A stretch of DNA of 64,000 nucleotides from Chloroflexota bacterium (GCA_037441345.1 JBBISJ010000004.1:49892-113891), one strand, 5' to 3'. Numbered from the stretch's first letter, positions 37,035 through 46,897 are shown. Numbers and translations: made by a program. Notes: a model not told the origin generated them from the sequence alone.

Positions 37035-38384
37035 TCACCAAAACTCGAACCGGACGTCTTCCCCAAACGGCAGGAAGGTTATTGGCCCTGCGGGCGAATA
37101 CGTCAGGCTCTGGGGATCGTCATCACTGTCGAGTTTGAACACGACCGTAAGTCTGACTTGTTCGCCCTTGCTCAGGAGCGCGTCATCCATCAAGCGCGCC
37201 GCGAGTACGCGACGGGGGTCATGGTCCTCACCAGAAGTGTCTTCAAGTTGGAATGCGGTCTCGTCCACAAAGGTGATCAGGCTGTCATCGTTGGTGATCT
37301 GCAACTCGAAGGCGACGAGGCGCTCGCCGCGGCCTGCCTCCGCGTACGGAGTCTCGAACGGGTCCAGGGCGCGTTCAAGCACAACAACCGTCCCTTCCAG
37401 GTCCACGGCCCGCGTCTCCCTGCCCGCGAGCGCGCCGACGTATGACACATCCACGGTCTCCGTATCTCGGGACAGACTGAACAGGAGGAAAAGGTAGAGA
37501 GCCGTGATAGCGACGGCCCCGATGGCCCCAAAGACGGCGGACAGAGCAATCGCCCGGCCGGAGCCCGGTTTCGCATCAGCGCGCTTGCTGTAGGGAGGGA
37601 ACTCATCCCGCAGGAGCTGGGAGTACGCGCCCACTCTCAGGGCCCAGCGCTGAAGGCCCACGTTGAAGTTGAAGAACGTCCGCGGATACCGCCCCGTGAA
37701 CAGAATCGCGAACCAAGACAGGAACCCGAAGAAGAAGCCAGCGATGGAGAGCAGCGTAAGAACGAACTGGTGCGGGATCACCAGCAGCCACTTCACGAAG
37801 ATCCACCACCGGCTCAGGCGTTCCGGGTACTCTACGTCGTACTCCACCGGGTAGCGCCCTGCCTCCAGCGAAAACGGTGGATACTCGTCCCGGAAGAGGT
37901 ACGTGTACGCCGTCACGTTCGCGCCCCAGCGGTTGATTCCAACCACCAGGTTGAACAGACCCCGTGGGTAGCGCCGCGTGAACAGGATCGCGAAGAACGC
38001 GACGACCGAGACAGCCGCAGTTGCATAGCCGAGCGCGATGACTATCAGGAAGTGCGGAACAGCGAGCAGCCATTTTACGAAGATCAGAAGCCGCGATAGC
38101 TTCTCGGGATAGGGCACGTCGTAGCGCACGGGATAACTGCCCGGAGCAGCCACCGGGAAGGCTCCCGGCGGCGTCACTCGGAAGCCGCAGGCGGTGCAGA
38201 AACGGTGGGACGCTTCCAGAGCGGCCCCGCACTGGTCGCAGAACCTCTGCCTAACGGTGGCTCCGGCAGCCGCGGACAGGTCGTTGCCGCAGGTGGAGCA
38301 GTAACGATCCTGGGGCCGGACAGGGCTCCCACATTTACTGCAACGGCCCTCGGCCGGCGGAACGGGCCCCGCCTCGAAGATCAC
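37035..38384 (-). CDS. zinc-ribbon + duplicated DUF4389 membrane protein with C-terminal beta-rich domain
   Basis: Three CxxC pairs at the N-terminus. Two copies of YPV(R/E)YDVEYPE(K/R)LSR...FVKWLL...FAILFT(R/G)RYPR (DUF4389). The C-terminal ~140 aa resemble DUF4352. Confidence 0.55.
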   Translation of the reverse strand: MIFEAGPVPPAEGRCSKCGSPVRPQDRYCSTCGNDLSAAAGATVRQRFCDQCGAALEASHRFCTACGFRVTPPGAFPVAAPGSYPVRYDVPYPEKLSRLLIFVKWLLAVPHFLIVIALGYATAAVSVVAFFAILFTRRYPRGLFNLVVGINRWGANVTAYTYLFRDEYPPFSLEAGRYPVEYDVEYPERLSRWWIFVKWLLVIPHQFVLTLLSIAGFFFGFLSWFAILFTGRYPRTFFNFNVGLQRWALRVGAYSQLLRDEFPPYSKRADAKPGSGRAIALSAVFGAIGAVAITALYLFLLFSLSRDTETVDVSYVGALAGRETRAVDLEGTVVVLERALDPFETPYAEAGRGERLVAFELQITNDDSLITFVDETAFQLEDTSGEDHDPRRVLAARLMDDALLSKGEQVRLTVVFKLDSDDDPQSLTYSPAGPITFLPFGEDVRFEFW

Positions 38385-38391
38385 TGGCTCT

Positions 38392-38412
38392 TCTCTAAGC
38401 CCGCACCGCCGC
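38392..38412. repeat. degenerate duplicate of the purQ 3' terminus (encodes ...AAVRA-stop on minus strand)
   Basis: ctaagcccgcaccgccgcc vs the purQ end ctcaggcccgcaccgccgcc at 38650-38671. Differences are synonymous or a stop-codon swap. Confidence 0.5.
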
Positions 38413-38606
38413 CGGACGCGCTTCCGCAGCCGGTTCCTCCGGCTCCTCTTCCCACGTCAGCGCCAGGTCTTCGCCTGTCAAACGGACCTTCGTGTGATTG
38501 GCTTCCGGCTTCCAGCGGAAACACGGCAATCAGTGCGCAGACATCCAAACTCCGCTCACCCTTCGAGTTCCCTCAGGACGAGCGGAGCAACGCATTCACC
38601 CTTCCC

Positions 38607-38636
38607 AGTCGCCTTTCACTCTTCACTCTTCACAAT
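38607..38636. repeat. heptamer tandem repeat block (TCACTCT x3-4)
   Basis: tcactcttcactcttcacaattcactcttg, just downstream of the purQ stop. Confidence 0.55.
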
Positions 38637-38650
38637 TCACTCTTGCTTTC

Positions 38651-39346
38651 TCAGGCCCGCACCGCCGCCCATTCCGCCACCGACCGCCAGATCAGCAGCC
38701 CGTCCTCGCCCCCCAGCAGCGGCTCGCAGGCCCGCTCCGGGTGGGGCATCATCCCCAGCACGTTACCCCGCTCATTCACGATGCCTGCGATGTTGCGTTC
38801 GCTGCCGTTCGGGTTCGATTCGGGCGTCGCGTCGCCCACCTCGTCGCAGTACCGGAAGACCACACGGTTCCCGGCCTCCAGGCGGTCAAGCGTCTCGGCG
38901 TCGGCGAAGTAGCGGCCTTCGCCATGCGAGACCGGGACGCGGATCACGTCTCCGCGCTGACAGAGGCTGGTCCACGGCGTCTCCGCATTCTCCACGCGCA
39001 GGTTCACCCACTGGCAGCGGTACTGCAGCGACTCGTTGCGCATCAGCGCGCCCGGGAGAAGGTGCGACTCGCACAGTACCTGGAAGCCGTTGCAGATGCC
39101 GATCACCGGCGTTCCGGCCTCCGCGTCGCGCATTACGGTCTCCATTACCGGCGAGAAGCGGGCGATGGCGCCCGTCCGCAGGTAATCTCCGTACGAAAAC
39201 CCTCCCGGCAGTACGATCGCGTCGTATTTCGAGAGGTCGGTCTCCCGGTGCCACACCAGGTCCGCCGCGTGGCCGGCCTTCTGGAGCGAATACTGCGAGT
39301 CGTGGTCGCTCCACGTGCCGGGGAAGACGATGACGGCGAAACGCAC
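38651..39346 (-). CDS. purQ: phosphoribosylformylglycinamidine synthase glutaminase subunit PurQ
   Basis: Class I GATase: GICNGFQVL catalytic Cys, HPE at the C-terminus. Confidence 0.9.
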   Translation of the reverse strand: MRFAVIVFPGTWSDHDSQYSLQKAGHAADLVWHRETDLSKYDAIVLPGGFSYGDYLRTGAIARFSPVMETVMRDAEAGTPVIGICNGFQVLCESHLLPGALMRNESLQYRCQWVNLRVENAETPWTSLCQRGDVIRVPVSHGEGRYFADAETLDRLEAGNRVVFRYCDEVGDATPESNPNGSERNIAGIVNERGNVLGMMPHPERACEPLLGGEDGLLIWRSVAEWAAVRA

Positions 39347-39874
39347 TTACGCTTGGGCCTTCGCGGGCGCCGGCGGCTTGTACCGCCGCCCGCGCTCCGG
39401 GCGCGCCCGCTGCTTCACGAACTCGAACACCGGCACCCCGTAGCCGCACGTCGTCTCGGTGCTCTCAACCGCGATATCGATGACCTGGCGCACCGGCAGT
39501 TCGATGTCGTCGGCCGGCGCCCCGAGCAGCAGGTCGCGCAGCGACGACTCCTCCACCGGGGTGACGGTGGCATGGCCGAACAGGCGCACGATCGCCGCGT
39601 CCCCGGCGGTCATCGACATCACCATCACCGTCACCGGGCCGCCCGCCTGCGCGTGATGCGCCGTCCGGTTGCCGCTGCCGGTGTAGTCCAGGTACGCGAC
39701 CCGGTTCGGCCCAACAACGTGCAACGGAGTCCCGCCCTTCGGTGAAAGGTTGACCGGCCCCTGGCCTGCGGCGCCCGGGCTCATGTCAGGCGCGACGCTT
39801 GCCACGAAGAATACCGGCGAATTTCGGATCAGGTCGGCCTGCTCTTCGGTGATGTGATCGAACGAAGTGCCCAT
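39347..39874 (-). CDS. pyridoxamine 5'-phosphate oxidase-family (FMN-binding split barrel) protein
   Basis: PNPOx-like fold signature (FFVASVAPDMSP...NLSPKGG). Immediately upstream of purQ. Confidence 0.65.
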   Translation of the reverse strand: MGTSFDHITEEQADLIRNSPVFFVASVAPDMSPGAAGQGPVNLSPKGGTPLHVVGPNRVAYLDYTGSGNRTAHHAQAGGPVTVMVMSMTAGDAAIVRLFGHATVTPVEESSLRDLLLGAPADDIELPVRQVIDIAVESTETTCGYGVPVFEFVKQRARPERGRRYKPPAPAKAQA

Positions 39875-40004
39875 CTAGCGCCTACTCTATCATCCCTCGA
39901 CTGAACGGTACGCTTTGGCATGGCAGCAACAACGGTGGCAATAGTGTTCCAGAATTGTCCTTCTAGCGAAAAACACGAATCTCCAAAACGAACTTCGGGT
40001 GCCA

Positions 40005-40769
40005 CTACTCCATGCGGTACGCCAGGTACTCGCGGCGCCCGGCGAACGCCAACCGCTCCGCCAGCCGCGCTGAGCCTTCGTGGGCCGCGTCCCAGCACGG
40101 CTCCAGCCCGTTGTCCAGGCAATACTCGATCAGCGCCGCGCCCGTGACCAGCGCCAGCCCCCGCCGCTGGTAGTCTTCGCGAGTCTCGATCTCGAACTCC
40201 ACGGAGTGGGAGCTGACCGTGTAAGACGAGCAGCCGGCGACAAACTCCCGCGAACCGCGCTCCCTCACGCCGAACCCAACGCCGCGCTCGATGAAGTCGT
40301 CCGGCGTCCGGAAGTTGCTCACGAACGAAGGATTGAGCGAGGCGAACGCCTTCGCTGAGTCTGCAGTCACCCGTTCCAGGATCAGCCCCTCTGCCAACGC
40401 CGCCTTCATCGCAGCAAGGCTTCGCCTGTCCCAATAAGGCGGGGACCGAAAGGCGAAGCGCTCGTACGGCTGCATCGGGCGGCCGCTCGCCCACAGGAGG
40501 TCCGCCCAGGAGTCCGGAGCCACGAGGTGGTCGCCGGCGGGCACTGCGTCGAGGGCAGCCGGCGCGGCCGCCGCGCCGGGGTCTCCTGCGATGAGATGAA
40601 AGTCGGCGACGAGGACGTGCGCGACGCGCGGGTGCGACGCGTTGTCGGCGTGCACCTGGCCGGTCGCGCCCTCCAGCGCGGAGTCGATGATGCCGTGCAG
40701 GCCGGGGAAGTCGGCGAACAGTGGGCGGAGGATTTCATGGGGTGCGGAAACGAGAGGAGCGAAGGTCAT
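40005..40769 (-). CDS. GNAT-family N-acetyltransferase (C-terminal GNAT domain)
   Basis: C-terminal ...QRRGLALVTGAALIEYCLDNGLEPCWD is the acetyl-CoA binding motif A region. Confidence 0.6.
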   Translation of the reverse strand: MTFAPLVSAPHEILRPLFADFPGLHGIIDSALEGATGQVHADNASHPRVAHVLVADFHLIAGDPGAAAAPAALDAVPAGDHLVAPDSWADLLWASGRPMQPYERFAFRSPPYWDRRSLAAMKAALAEGLILERVTADSAKAFASLNPSFVSNFRTPDDFIERGVGFGVRERGSREFVAGCSSYTVSSHSVEFEIETREDYQRRGLALVTGAALIEYCLDNGLEPCWDAAHEGSARLAERLAFAGRREYLAYRME

Positions 40770-40871
40770 CGCTATTACCTTACGTTAGTCCGATGATGAT
40801 AGCTCGACCGGTACCCGCCGTTACGGTAAATTGAAACCGCAGCCCCCGGCATTCCCAGTGAGGAGTACCCA

Positions 40872-42140
40872 ATGAGCTTTCTCGCACAGTCCGACCCGCA
40901 GGTCGCCGATATCATCCGCCGCGAGCAGGACCGCCAGCGCCTCGGCCTTGAGCTGATCGCGTCCGAGAACTACACCAGCGCAGCCGTCCTCGAGGCGATG
41001 GGCTCCGTGCTCACGAACAAATACGCAGAGGGCTACCCGGGCAAGCGGTACTACGGCGGCTGCCAGGTCGTCGACGAGGCAGAGACGCTGGCGCAGGAAC
41101 GGGCGAAAGAGCTCTTCGGGGCGGAACACGCCAACGTCCAGTCCAACTCCGGCGCCGAGGCGAACCTCGCGACCTACTTCGCGCTGATCGAGTACGGCGA
41201 CACGGCAATGGGCATGAACCTGGCCCAGGGCGGGCACCTGACCCACGGCCGCGAAGTGAACTTCTCCGGCAAGTTCTACAACTTCATCCCTTACAGCGTG
41301 GAGCGTGAATCGGAGCGCATCGACTATGACGAGATGGCGCGCCTCGCCCGCGAGCACAAGCCGAAGATCATCGTCGCGGGCGCCACCGCCTATCCTAGGA
41401 TCATCGACTTCGCCCGCTTCCGCGAGATTGCTGACGAGGTGGGAGCCATCCTGATGACAGACATGGCGCACATCGCGGGCCTGGTCGCTGCCGGCGTCCA
41501 CCCGTCTCCGGTGCCCTACTCTCACGTCGTCACCTCGACAGCACACAAGACCCTTCGCGGCCCCCGCAGCGGCTTCATCCTCAGTGAAGGCGGCGAGACC
41601 GGGCAGAAGATCGACAAGACCGTCTTCCCGGGCGTCCAGGGCGGCCCCCACATGCACATCATCGCCGCCAAGGCCGTCTGTTTCGGCGAGGCGCTGCGAC
41701 CCGAGTTCAAGCACTACGCGCAGCAGATCGTCGACAACGCGAAGACGCTCGGCGAGGCGCTGCAGTCGCACGGGTTCCGCCTCGTCTCCGGCGGCACCGA
41801 CAATCACCTGATGCTCGTCGACGTCGGCCAGAAAGGTCTCAGCGGCCGCGACACCGAGCGCCTCTGCGACAGGGTCGGCATCACTGTCAACCGCAACACC
41901 ATCCCGTACGACGAACGGCCGCCTCTCCAGGGCAGCGGCGTCCGCATCGGCACGCCGGCGCTCACGACGCGGGGCATGGGGCCCGAAGAGATGCGGACCG
42001 TGGCGCGCTTCATCGCCACCGCTATTGACAACCGAGAAGACGATGCGGCGCTGGCGCGCCTGCGGGCCGAAGTCGAGGAGTTCGCGGGTGCGTTCCCGGT
42101 TCCCGGAATCACGGACCGCGAACGCGTAACGGCGGCTTGA
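40872..42140 (+). CDS. glyA: serine hydroxymethyltransferase
   Basis: [27 protein letters not shown](S)G PLP-lysine region. Confidence 0.93.
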   Translation: MSFLAQSDPQVADIIRREQDRQRLGLELIASENYTSAAVLEAMGSVLTNKYAEGYPGKRYYGGCQVVDEAETLAQERAKELFGAEHANVQSNSGAEANLATYFALIEYGDTAMGMNLAQGGHLTHGREVNFSGKFYNFIPYSVERESERIDYDEMARLAREHKPKIIVAGATAYPRIIDFARFREIADEVGAILMTDMAHIAGLVAAGVHPSPVPYSHVVTSTAHKTLRGPRSGFILSEGGETGQKIDKTVFPGVQGGPHMHIIAAKAVCFGEALRPEFKHYAQQIVDNAKTLGEALQSHGFRLVSGGTDNHLMLVDVGQKGLSGRDTERLCDRVGITVNRNTIPYDERPPLQGSGVRIGTPALTTRGMGPEEMRTVARFIATAIDNREDDAALARLRAEVEEFAGAFPVPGITDRERVTAA

Positions 42141-42157
42141 TGTAGCGACGATCCGCC

Positions 42158-42187
42158 GGTAGAGACGACCCGCCTGGTCGTCTCTAC
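42158..42187 (+). terminator. strong hairpin downstream of glyA (12-bp stem GTAGAGACGACC / GGTCGTCTCTAC)
   Basis: Perfect inverted repeat with a 5-nt loop. No T tract follows, so intrinsic termination is uncertain. Confidence 0.35.
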
Positions 42188-42306
42188 AAAGGGCGCAAGG
42201 TTGAGTGACAGCATCGTCTTGTTCGCCGCAAGGCGCCGTGCTACAATCCACACTTGTCCCGCGAGGCCAACGGCCCCGGGAGTGCAGTTACGTCCAGAGA
42301 GGTCCC

Positions 42307-42669
42307 GTGCGAGATTACGAACTTGTCCTTGTAGTTAGCCCTGATGCCGGGGATGAAGGTTTCCCGGCAGCCGTTGAGAGAGTAAACAGCTTCATCACCG
42401 AGCGTGGCGGTCAGATCAAGAATTCGGACCAGTGGGGGCGCCGCCGGCTCGCCTATCCTATCCGGCGCTTCCAGGATGGTTACTACGCCGTCACCCATTT
42501 CAGTGCCGAACCCGCCGTACTCAAACCCCTGAATGCAAGCCTGGAGCTTGCGGAAGACGTCCTCCGGCACCTGGTCGTGAGGATGGATGAACTCCCGGTT
42601 CCCACGCCAGTAGCTGCCGCTTCGGCGCCCGCAGATGTGGCCGAGGATGCGCAGCAGGAAGGTGAGTAG
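42307..42669 (+). CDS. rpsF: 30S ribosomal protein S6
   Basis: RDYELVLVVSPD...VNSFITERGGQI...WGRRRLAYPI is the S6 core, with an acidic tail. GTG start. Confidence 0.85.
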   Translation: MRDYELVLVVSPDAGDEGFPAAVERVNSFITERGGQIKNSDQWGRRRLAYPIRRFQDGYYAVTHFSAEPAVLKPLNASLELAEDVLRHLVVRMDELPVPTPVAAASAPADVAEDAQQEGE

Positions 42670-42672
42670 ACG

Positions 42673-43119
42673 ATGGCTGGTCTGAACAAGGTGATGATCA
42701 TCGGTAACCTGGGGGCCGACCCGGAGATGAAATACATGTCGGATGGCACCGCCATGACGACGTTCCGAGTTGCCGTGAGCCGCAACTACACGAACCACGC
42801 TGGAGAACGGCGCGAGGAGACCGAGTGGTTCCGGGTCGTCGCCTGGCGCAAGACGGCGGAGATCTGCAGCCAGTACCTCCAGAAGGGCAGCAAGGTGTAC
42901 GTCGAAGGTCGCCTGCAGACCCGGTCGTGGGACACACCCGAGGGTGAGAAGCGCTACATGACGGAAGTCGTCGCCGATACCGTGCAGTTCCTCGACCGCG
43001 CCGGCCAGGGGGCCCTGGGTGATGAGCGCGAGCCGTCTTATGCAAATGGCGGCGTACTGGACAGCTTCGACCGCGCACCGGCCGGGTCCATGGAACCTGA
43101 AGAAATCCCATTCGAGTAG
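42673..43119 (+). CDS. ssb: single-stranded DNA-binding protein
   Basis: MAGLNKVMIIGNLGADPE OB-fold start, and a C-terminal acidic tip ...EEIPFE. Confidence 0.9.
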   Translation: MAGLNKVMIIGNLGADPEMKYMSDGTAMTTFRVAVSRNYTNHAGERREETEWFRVVAWRKTAEICSQYLQKGSKVYVEGRLQTRSWDTPEGEKRYMTEVVADTVQFLDRAGQGALGDEREPSYANGGVLDSFDRAPAGSMEPEEIPFE

Positions 43120-43124
43120 GACAT

Positions 43125-43478
43125 ATGGAAACTAACGAGCAAACACCGGTCCAGGCTCCGAGCGAGAGCGGAGAATCGCTCCGCCCGCGCCGCGTTGCCG
43201 CGGCCGAAACCTCCGGGGAAGAGAGGCCGCGCATGAGGCGCGGCGGACGCAGAAGGCGCGTCTGCATCATGTGCGCCGAGCACATGAAGGCCGTGGACTA
43301 CAAGAACGTCGGGTTCCTGCGCAGGTTCATCTCAGACCGGGCGCGCATCGAGACCCGGCGGCGCACCAGCGCCTGCGCCAAACACCAGCGCGCCCTTGCC
43401 CGCGCGATCAAGCGCGCACGCCACGTCGCTCTGCTCCCGTACACCCCCGAACACATCCGGAGCAGCCAGGGACGCTAG
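43125..43478 (+). CDS. rpsR: 30S ribosomal protein S18
   Basis: CIMCAEHMKAVDYKNVGFLRRFISDRARI is the S18 signature region. Confidence 0.9.
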   Translation: METNEQTPVQAPSESGESLRPRRVAAAETSGEERPRMRRGGRRRRVCIMCAEHMKAVDYKNVGFLRRFISDRARIETRRRTSACAKHQRALARAIKRARHVALLPYTPEHIRSSQGR

Positions 43479-43534
43479 CGCCGGTAACCGGCGGCACGCC
43501 CCGGCTGTTATCACAGGCAGGGAAGGCTCAGACG

Positions 43535-44539
43535 ATGTCCAGGCAAAGGAAGATACCCACACCTTCATGGGAGCGCCACGGCGGCGCTATCGATACCAGC
43601 CGCGCGCGTATCTACGCGACGATCGGAGTTGTCTTGCTCGTCGTGGCAGCCCTGGGCTTCATCGGCTTCGGCTATCTGAGCGACTGGATCGAAGATCAGC
43701 AGCGGCCAGGTTCGACCGCAATCAAGGTCGACGACCGCAACTACACCGTGAGGGATTTCACGGAACGGGCGAAGCTGTACGTGAAGCAGAACGGCGGCAA
43801 CGGCCAGGCGGCTCTGGTGATCCCGACGCTTTCGACCACGATTGTGGAAGAGTCCATCCTTCTGAAGAGTGCATCGGAGAAGGGCGTGGAGGCCACGGAC
43901 GACGAGGTGAAGGCAGAGATGGCGAAGCTGCTGGGCATCACGGCAGATGACGCCAACTTCGAGTCCGTCCTCAAGTCAGAGCTCGATGCTGCCGGTCTCT
44001 CACGTGAAGAGTACGTCGACATGGCGAAGGGGAACGTCCTCCGCGAAAAGCTGAAGACGAAGTTCCAGGAAGAGCTGCCGGAGACGGCGGATTCGGTGCA
44101 CTACCTGGTTATCCAGGTGCGGGAGCAGGCGCTGGCCGAGGACCTGCAGGCTCAGATCGAGGCTGGCGCAGACTTTGGAGAACTGGCGAAGGCCAACTCG
44201 ATCGACACGCAAACAAGCAACAAGGGCGGGGACGCCGGCTGGGTGCCACGCGACGTCCTGCCGAAGGCGCAGGAGGACGTGGTGTTCAGCCTGGAGGCGG
44301 GAGAGGTCAGCGTCTATCCGGGCGAGGGCTCGGTCTATATCTTCAAGCTCGTCGAGAAGGATGCTGCGCACGCGATCGAGGAGACTCAGAAGCCCGTCCT
44401 GGCCCAGGCAGACTACAACAAGTGGCTGCTGGATAAGAAGGATGCGGCCAAAGTGGTCAACGAGCTCGACTTCTCCACCGGCGACGCAGAGAAGATCAAG
44501 TACGTGGTGGAGAACGCCAACCTCACGGTCGGCCTTTAG
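43535..44539 (+). CDS. membrane-anchored parvulin-type peptidyl-prolyl isomerase (PrsA/SurA-like)
   Basis: N-terminal TM helix, SurA_N-like helical region, and a parvulin core (GGDAGWVPRD...GEVSVYPGEGSVYIFKL). GGAAGG RBS before ATG 43535. Confidence 0.75.
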   Translation: MSRQRKIPTPSWERHGGAIDTSRARIYATIGVVLLVVAALGFIGFGYLSDWIEDQQRPGSTAIKVDDRNYTVRDFTERAKLYVKQNGGNGQAALVIPTLSTTIVEESILLKSASEKGVEATDDEVKAEMAKLLGITADDANFESVLKSELDAAGLSREEYVDMAKGNVLREKLKTKFQEELPETADSVHYLVIQVREQALAEDLQAQIEAGADFGELAKANSIDTQTSNKGGDAGWVPRDVLPKAQEDVVFSLEAGEVSVYPGEGSVYIFKLVEKDAAHAIEETQKPVLAQADYNKWLLDKKDAAKVVNELDFSTGDAEKIKYVVENANLTVGL

Positions 44540-44548
44540 CCTCTTACC

Positions 44549-45841
44549 ATGACCGAGCGCTCCAGCGTCGGCATCGTGCTCCTCGGCCTCGGCATCGTCG
44601 GCGGCGGGGTAGCCCGGGCGCTGATGGAGCGCGCACAGACATACTCGCAGCGCGTGGGCGTACCGCTGGAGCTCCGCAAGGTACTCGTCCGGGACCGCTT
44701 CAAGGAGCGCAGCGTCCAGCTGGACCAGGCGCTGATCACCACCGATCCCGGCGAGGCCCTGGGTACCGAGTGCGACATCGTCGTGGAGGTGATGGGCGGC
44801 GAGAACCCCGCCCGGGAGTTCATCCAGCGTAGCGTGGAAAGCGGCCGCTACGTGGTCACCGCGAACAAGGAAGTAATGGCGAAATACGGCCCTGAACTGC
44901 TATCTACAGCGTCGAGCGCAGGCGTGGACATCCTGTACGAAGCGGCAGTCGGCGGCGGCATACCAATTATCTCCCCGCTCAAGCGTGACCTTTCGGCGAA
45001 CGAAATCAGCAGCCTCCGCGCGATAATCAACGGGACAACGAACTACATCCTCACGCAGATGAGCAGCGATGAGGTGACTTTCCGGGTCGCCCTGCAGGAG
45101 GCCCAGAAGCTCGGCTACGCCGAATCCGACCCAACGAATGATATCGAGGCGCACGACGCGGCGTACAAGCTGGCGATCCTTGCCAGCCTCGCCTTCCACA
45201 CGACCGTCCGCCCGGACGATGTCTACCGCGAGGGCATCACGCGGCTGAGCCCGCGCGATTTCCGATACGCCGCCGAACTGGGATACGCCATCAAGCTGCT
45301 GGCGATCGCCCGGCGCGACACGTCCGGCATTGAAGCCCGGGTCGTGCCCACGCTCGTCCCCACGGGGCTACTGCTGTCGCGCGTCAGCGGCGTGCTGAAC
45401 GCGGTGCAGATAGAAGGCGACCTGACCGGCCGCGTCCTCTTTCAGGGCGCCGGCGCCGGTGCGGGGCCCACGACGTCCGCAATCATGGGAGACGTACTTG
45501 ACGCCGCGCGCTACATCGCGCTCGGCAGCCGTCCGTTCCCGTGGCGTTCGGGCCCGGCGATGGCCGTGGTTCCCGTGTCCGACCTGATAAGCCGCTACTA
45601 CGTGCGACTGGAAGCGGCGGACCGCCCTGGCGTGCTGGCGGTTGTGGCGAAGACGTTCGGCGACAACGGCGTCTCGATCGCCTCGGTCATCCAGAAGGAA
45701 ACCGACGAAGCGGCGCAGACCGCGGAGCTTGTCGTGATGACCCACGCGGCCCGCGAATCCGCCATCCAGGCCAGCCTGCAGCAACTGGAGAACTTGCCAG
45801 AGGTGACACAGGTGGGCAACATGCTCAGGGTGGAGGACTAG
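44549..45841 (+). CDS. hom: homoserine dehydrogenase (with C-terminal ACT domain)
   Basis: GLGIVGGGV NAD motif, homoserine DH catalytic region (AIINGTTNYIL, DIEAHDAAYKLAILASLAF), ACT tail. Confidence 0.9.
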   Translation: MTERSSVGIVLLGLGIVGGGVARALMERAQTYSQRVGVPLELRKVLVRDRFKERSVQLDQALITTDPGEALGTECDIVVEVMGGENPAREFIQRSVESGRYVVTANKEVMAKYGPELLSTASSAGVDILYEAAVGGGIPIISPLKRDLSANEISSLRAIINGTTNYILTQMSSDEVTFRVALQEAQKLGYAESDPTNDIEAHDAAYKLAILASLAFHTTVRPDDVYREGITRLSPRDFRYAAELGYAIKLLAIARRDTSGIEARVVPTLVPTGLLLSRVSGVLNAVQIEGDLTGRVLFQGAGAGAGPTTSAIMGDVLDAARYIALGSRPFPWRSGPAMAVVPVSDLISRYYVRLEAADRPGVLAVVAKTFGDNGVSIASVIQKETDEAAQTAELVVMTHAARESAIQASLQQLENLPEVTQVGNMLRVED

Positions 45842-45842
45842 C

Positions 45843-46859
45843 GTGGTGACGAAGCCCAGCAGACAGGCGCCGCCCGCCAGCGAAACCGGCGCGGAATGGT
45901 TCGAGAGCGAGCTTCGCGAGACGAGGGCGCGGCTCCACAAGGTGGAGAGCGAGATCGCCCAGTCGATGAAGCAGACATACACGCTCGACGCTGACCTCCG
46001 AAAACTCATGGAGTCGCTGAATGTGTCCGGCTCCGTCGAGACGGCGGTGCAGAACTTCCGGGAGGAGATCCGGCAGGTCAAGGACGCGCTGAGCCGCGTG
46101 CAGGACCGGCAGGCGGGTATCACCGCCCGCATGGAGCAGATCCAGAACCAGCGCCAGGCCGAGCTGGGGCGAGACCGACAGGACCTCGGCGTCGCTCTCC
46201 GGCAGGTAGAGGCGATGGCGAAGGTCATAGAAGGCTACGACGGCCGCGTCAAGCTTCTCGAGGATGTCGTCCGGCAGGTGGAGGAGGAGATCGCCGGGAA
46301 CCGCGCCAGCAAGCAGGCGATCGAGCGGACGATCGACGAGGTGAACACCAGGTCCGGCCACATGCACGACGCCACGCTCCGGCTGGAGCAGGAATCCAGC
46401 CGTGCCGCGGCGTCGATCGACAAGCTCGAGAAGGCTTCCGAAAGCCAGACCGACCGCATGACGCTGTTCCTCGATCAACTCCGCCGCGTCCTTGAGCGCC
46501 TGGACAAGCTTGAGTCGCTCAACGAATTCCGGGACCACGCGCTGGAGGCGCTGCAGAAGGCCGCGTACGAGCGGGAGCAGCTCGTCCAGCGCGTCGGGAT
46601 CGCGGAACGCCTCGCGAACGACATCGCCGACCGCGCCGATGAGATGGCCCAGACGCTGGCGCGAGTCGACCAGAAATCACAGCAGAACACCAGCGAAGTC
46701 CTGTTCATGGCCCAGCAGGTGCAGGACCTGACGGAGCAGACGAAAGCGAACCTCAAGAAGGTGTACCAGCTCCTCCTCCGCCAGCGCCGCCGCGCTTCAG
46801 AGGCGATGAACCAGGAGATCAAGGAACTGACCCACGGTGAACTCCACGCCGGCGACTAG
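45843..46859 (+). CDS. coiled-coil protein of unknown function
   Basis: 338 aa, almost entirely heptad-like charged helices, with no enzymatic motifs. Sits between hom and thrC. Confidence 0.45.
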   Translation: MVTKPSRQAPPASETGAEWFESELRETRARLHKVESEIAQSMKQTYTLDADLRKLMESLNVSGSVETAVQNFREEIRQVKDALSRVQDRQAGITARMEQIQNQRQAELGRDRQDLGVALRQVEAMAKVIEGYDGRVKLLEDVVRQVEEEIAGNRASKQAIERTIDEVNTRSGHMHDATLRLEQESSRAAASIDKLEKASESQTDRMTLFLDQLRRVLERLDKLESLNEFRDHALEALQKAAYEREQLVQRVGIAERLANDIADRADEMAQTLARVDQKSQQNTSEVLFMAQQVQDLTEQTKANLKKVYQLLLRQRRRASEAMNQEIKELTHGELHAGD

Positions 46860-46863
46860 ACTT

Positions 46864-46890
46864 CCGTCATCCCCGCGGAAGCGGGAATCC
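46864..46890. repeat. REP-like palindrome copy (CCGTCATCCCCGCGGAAGCGGGAATCC)
   Basis: Immediately upstream of the thrC ATG. Confidence 0.65.
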
Positions 46891-46897
46891 ATGTCCG

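Noticed and set aside
39347-39874. PurS candidate upstream of purQ
   Set aside because: At 175 aa it is too long, and it shows a PNPOx-like FMN split-barrel signature rather than the ~80-aa PurS fold.
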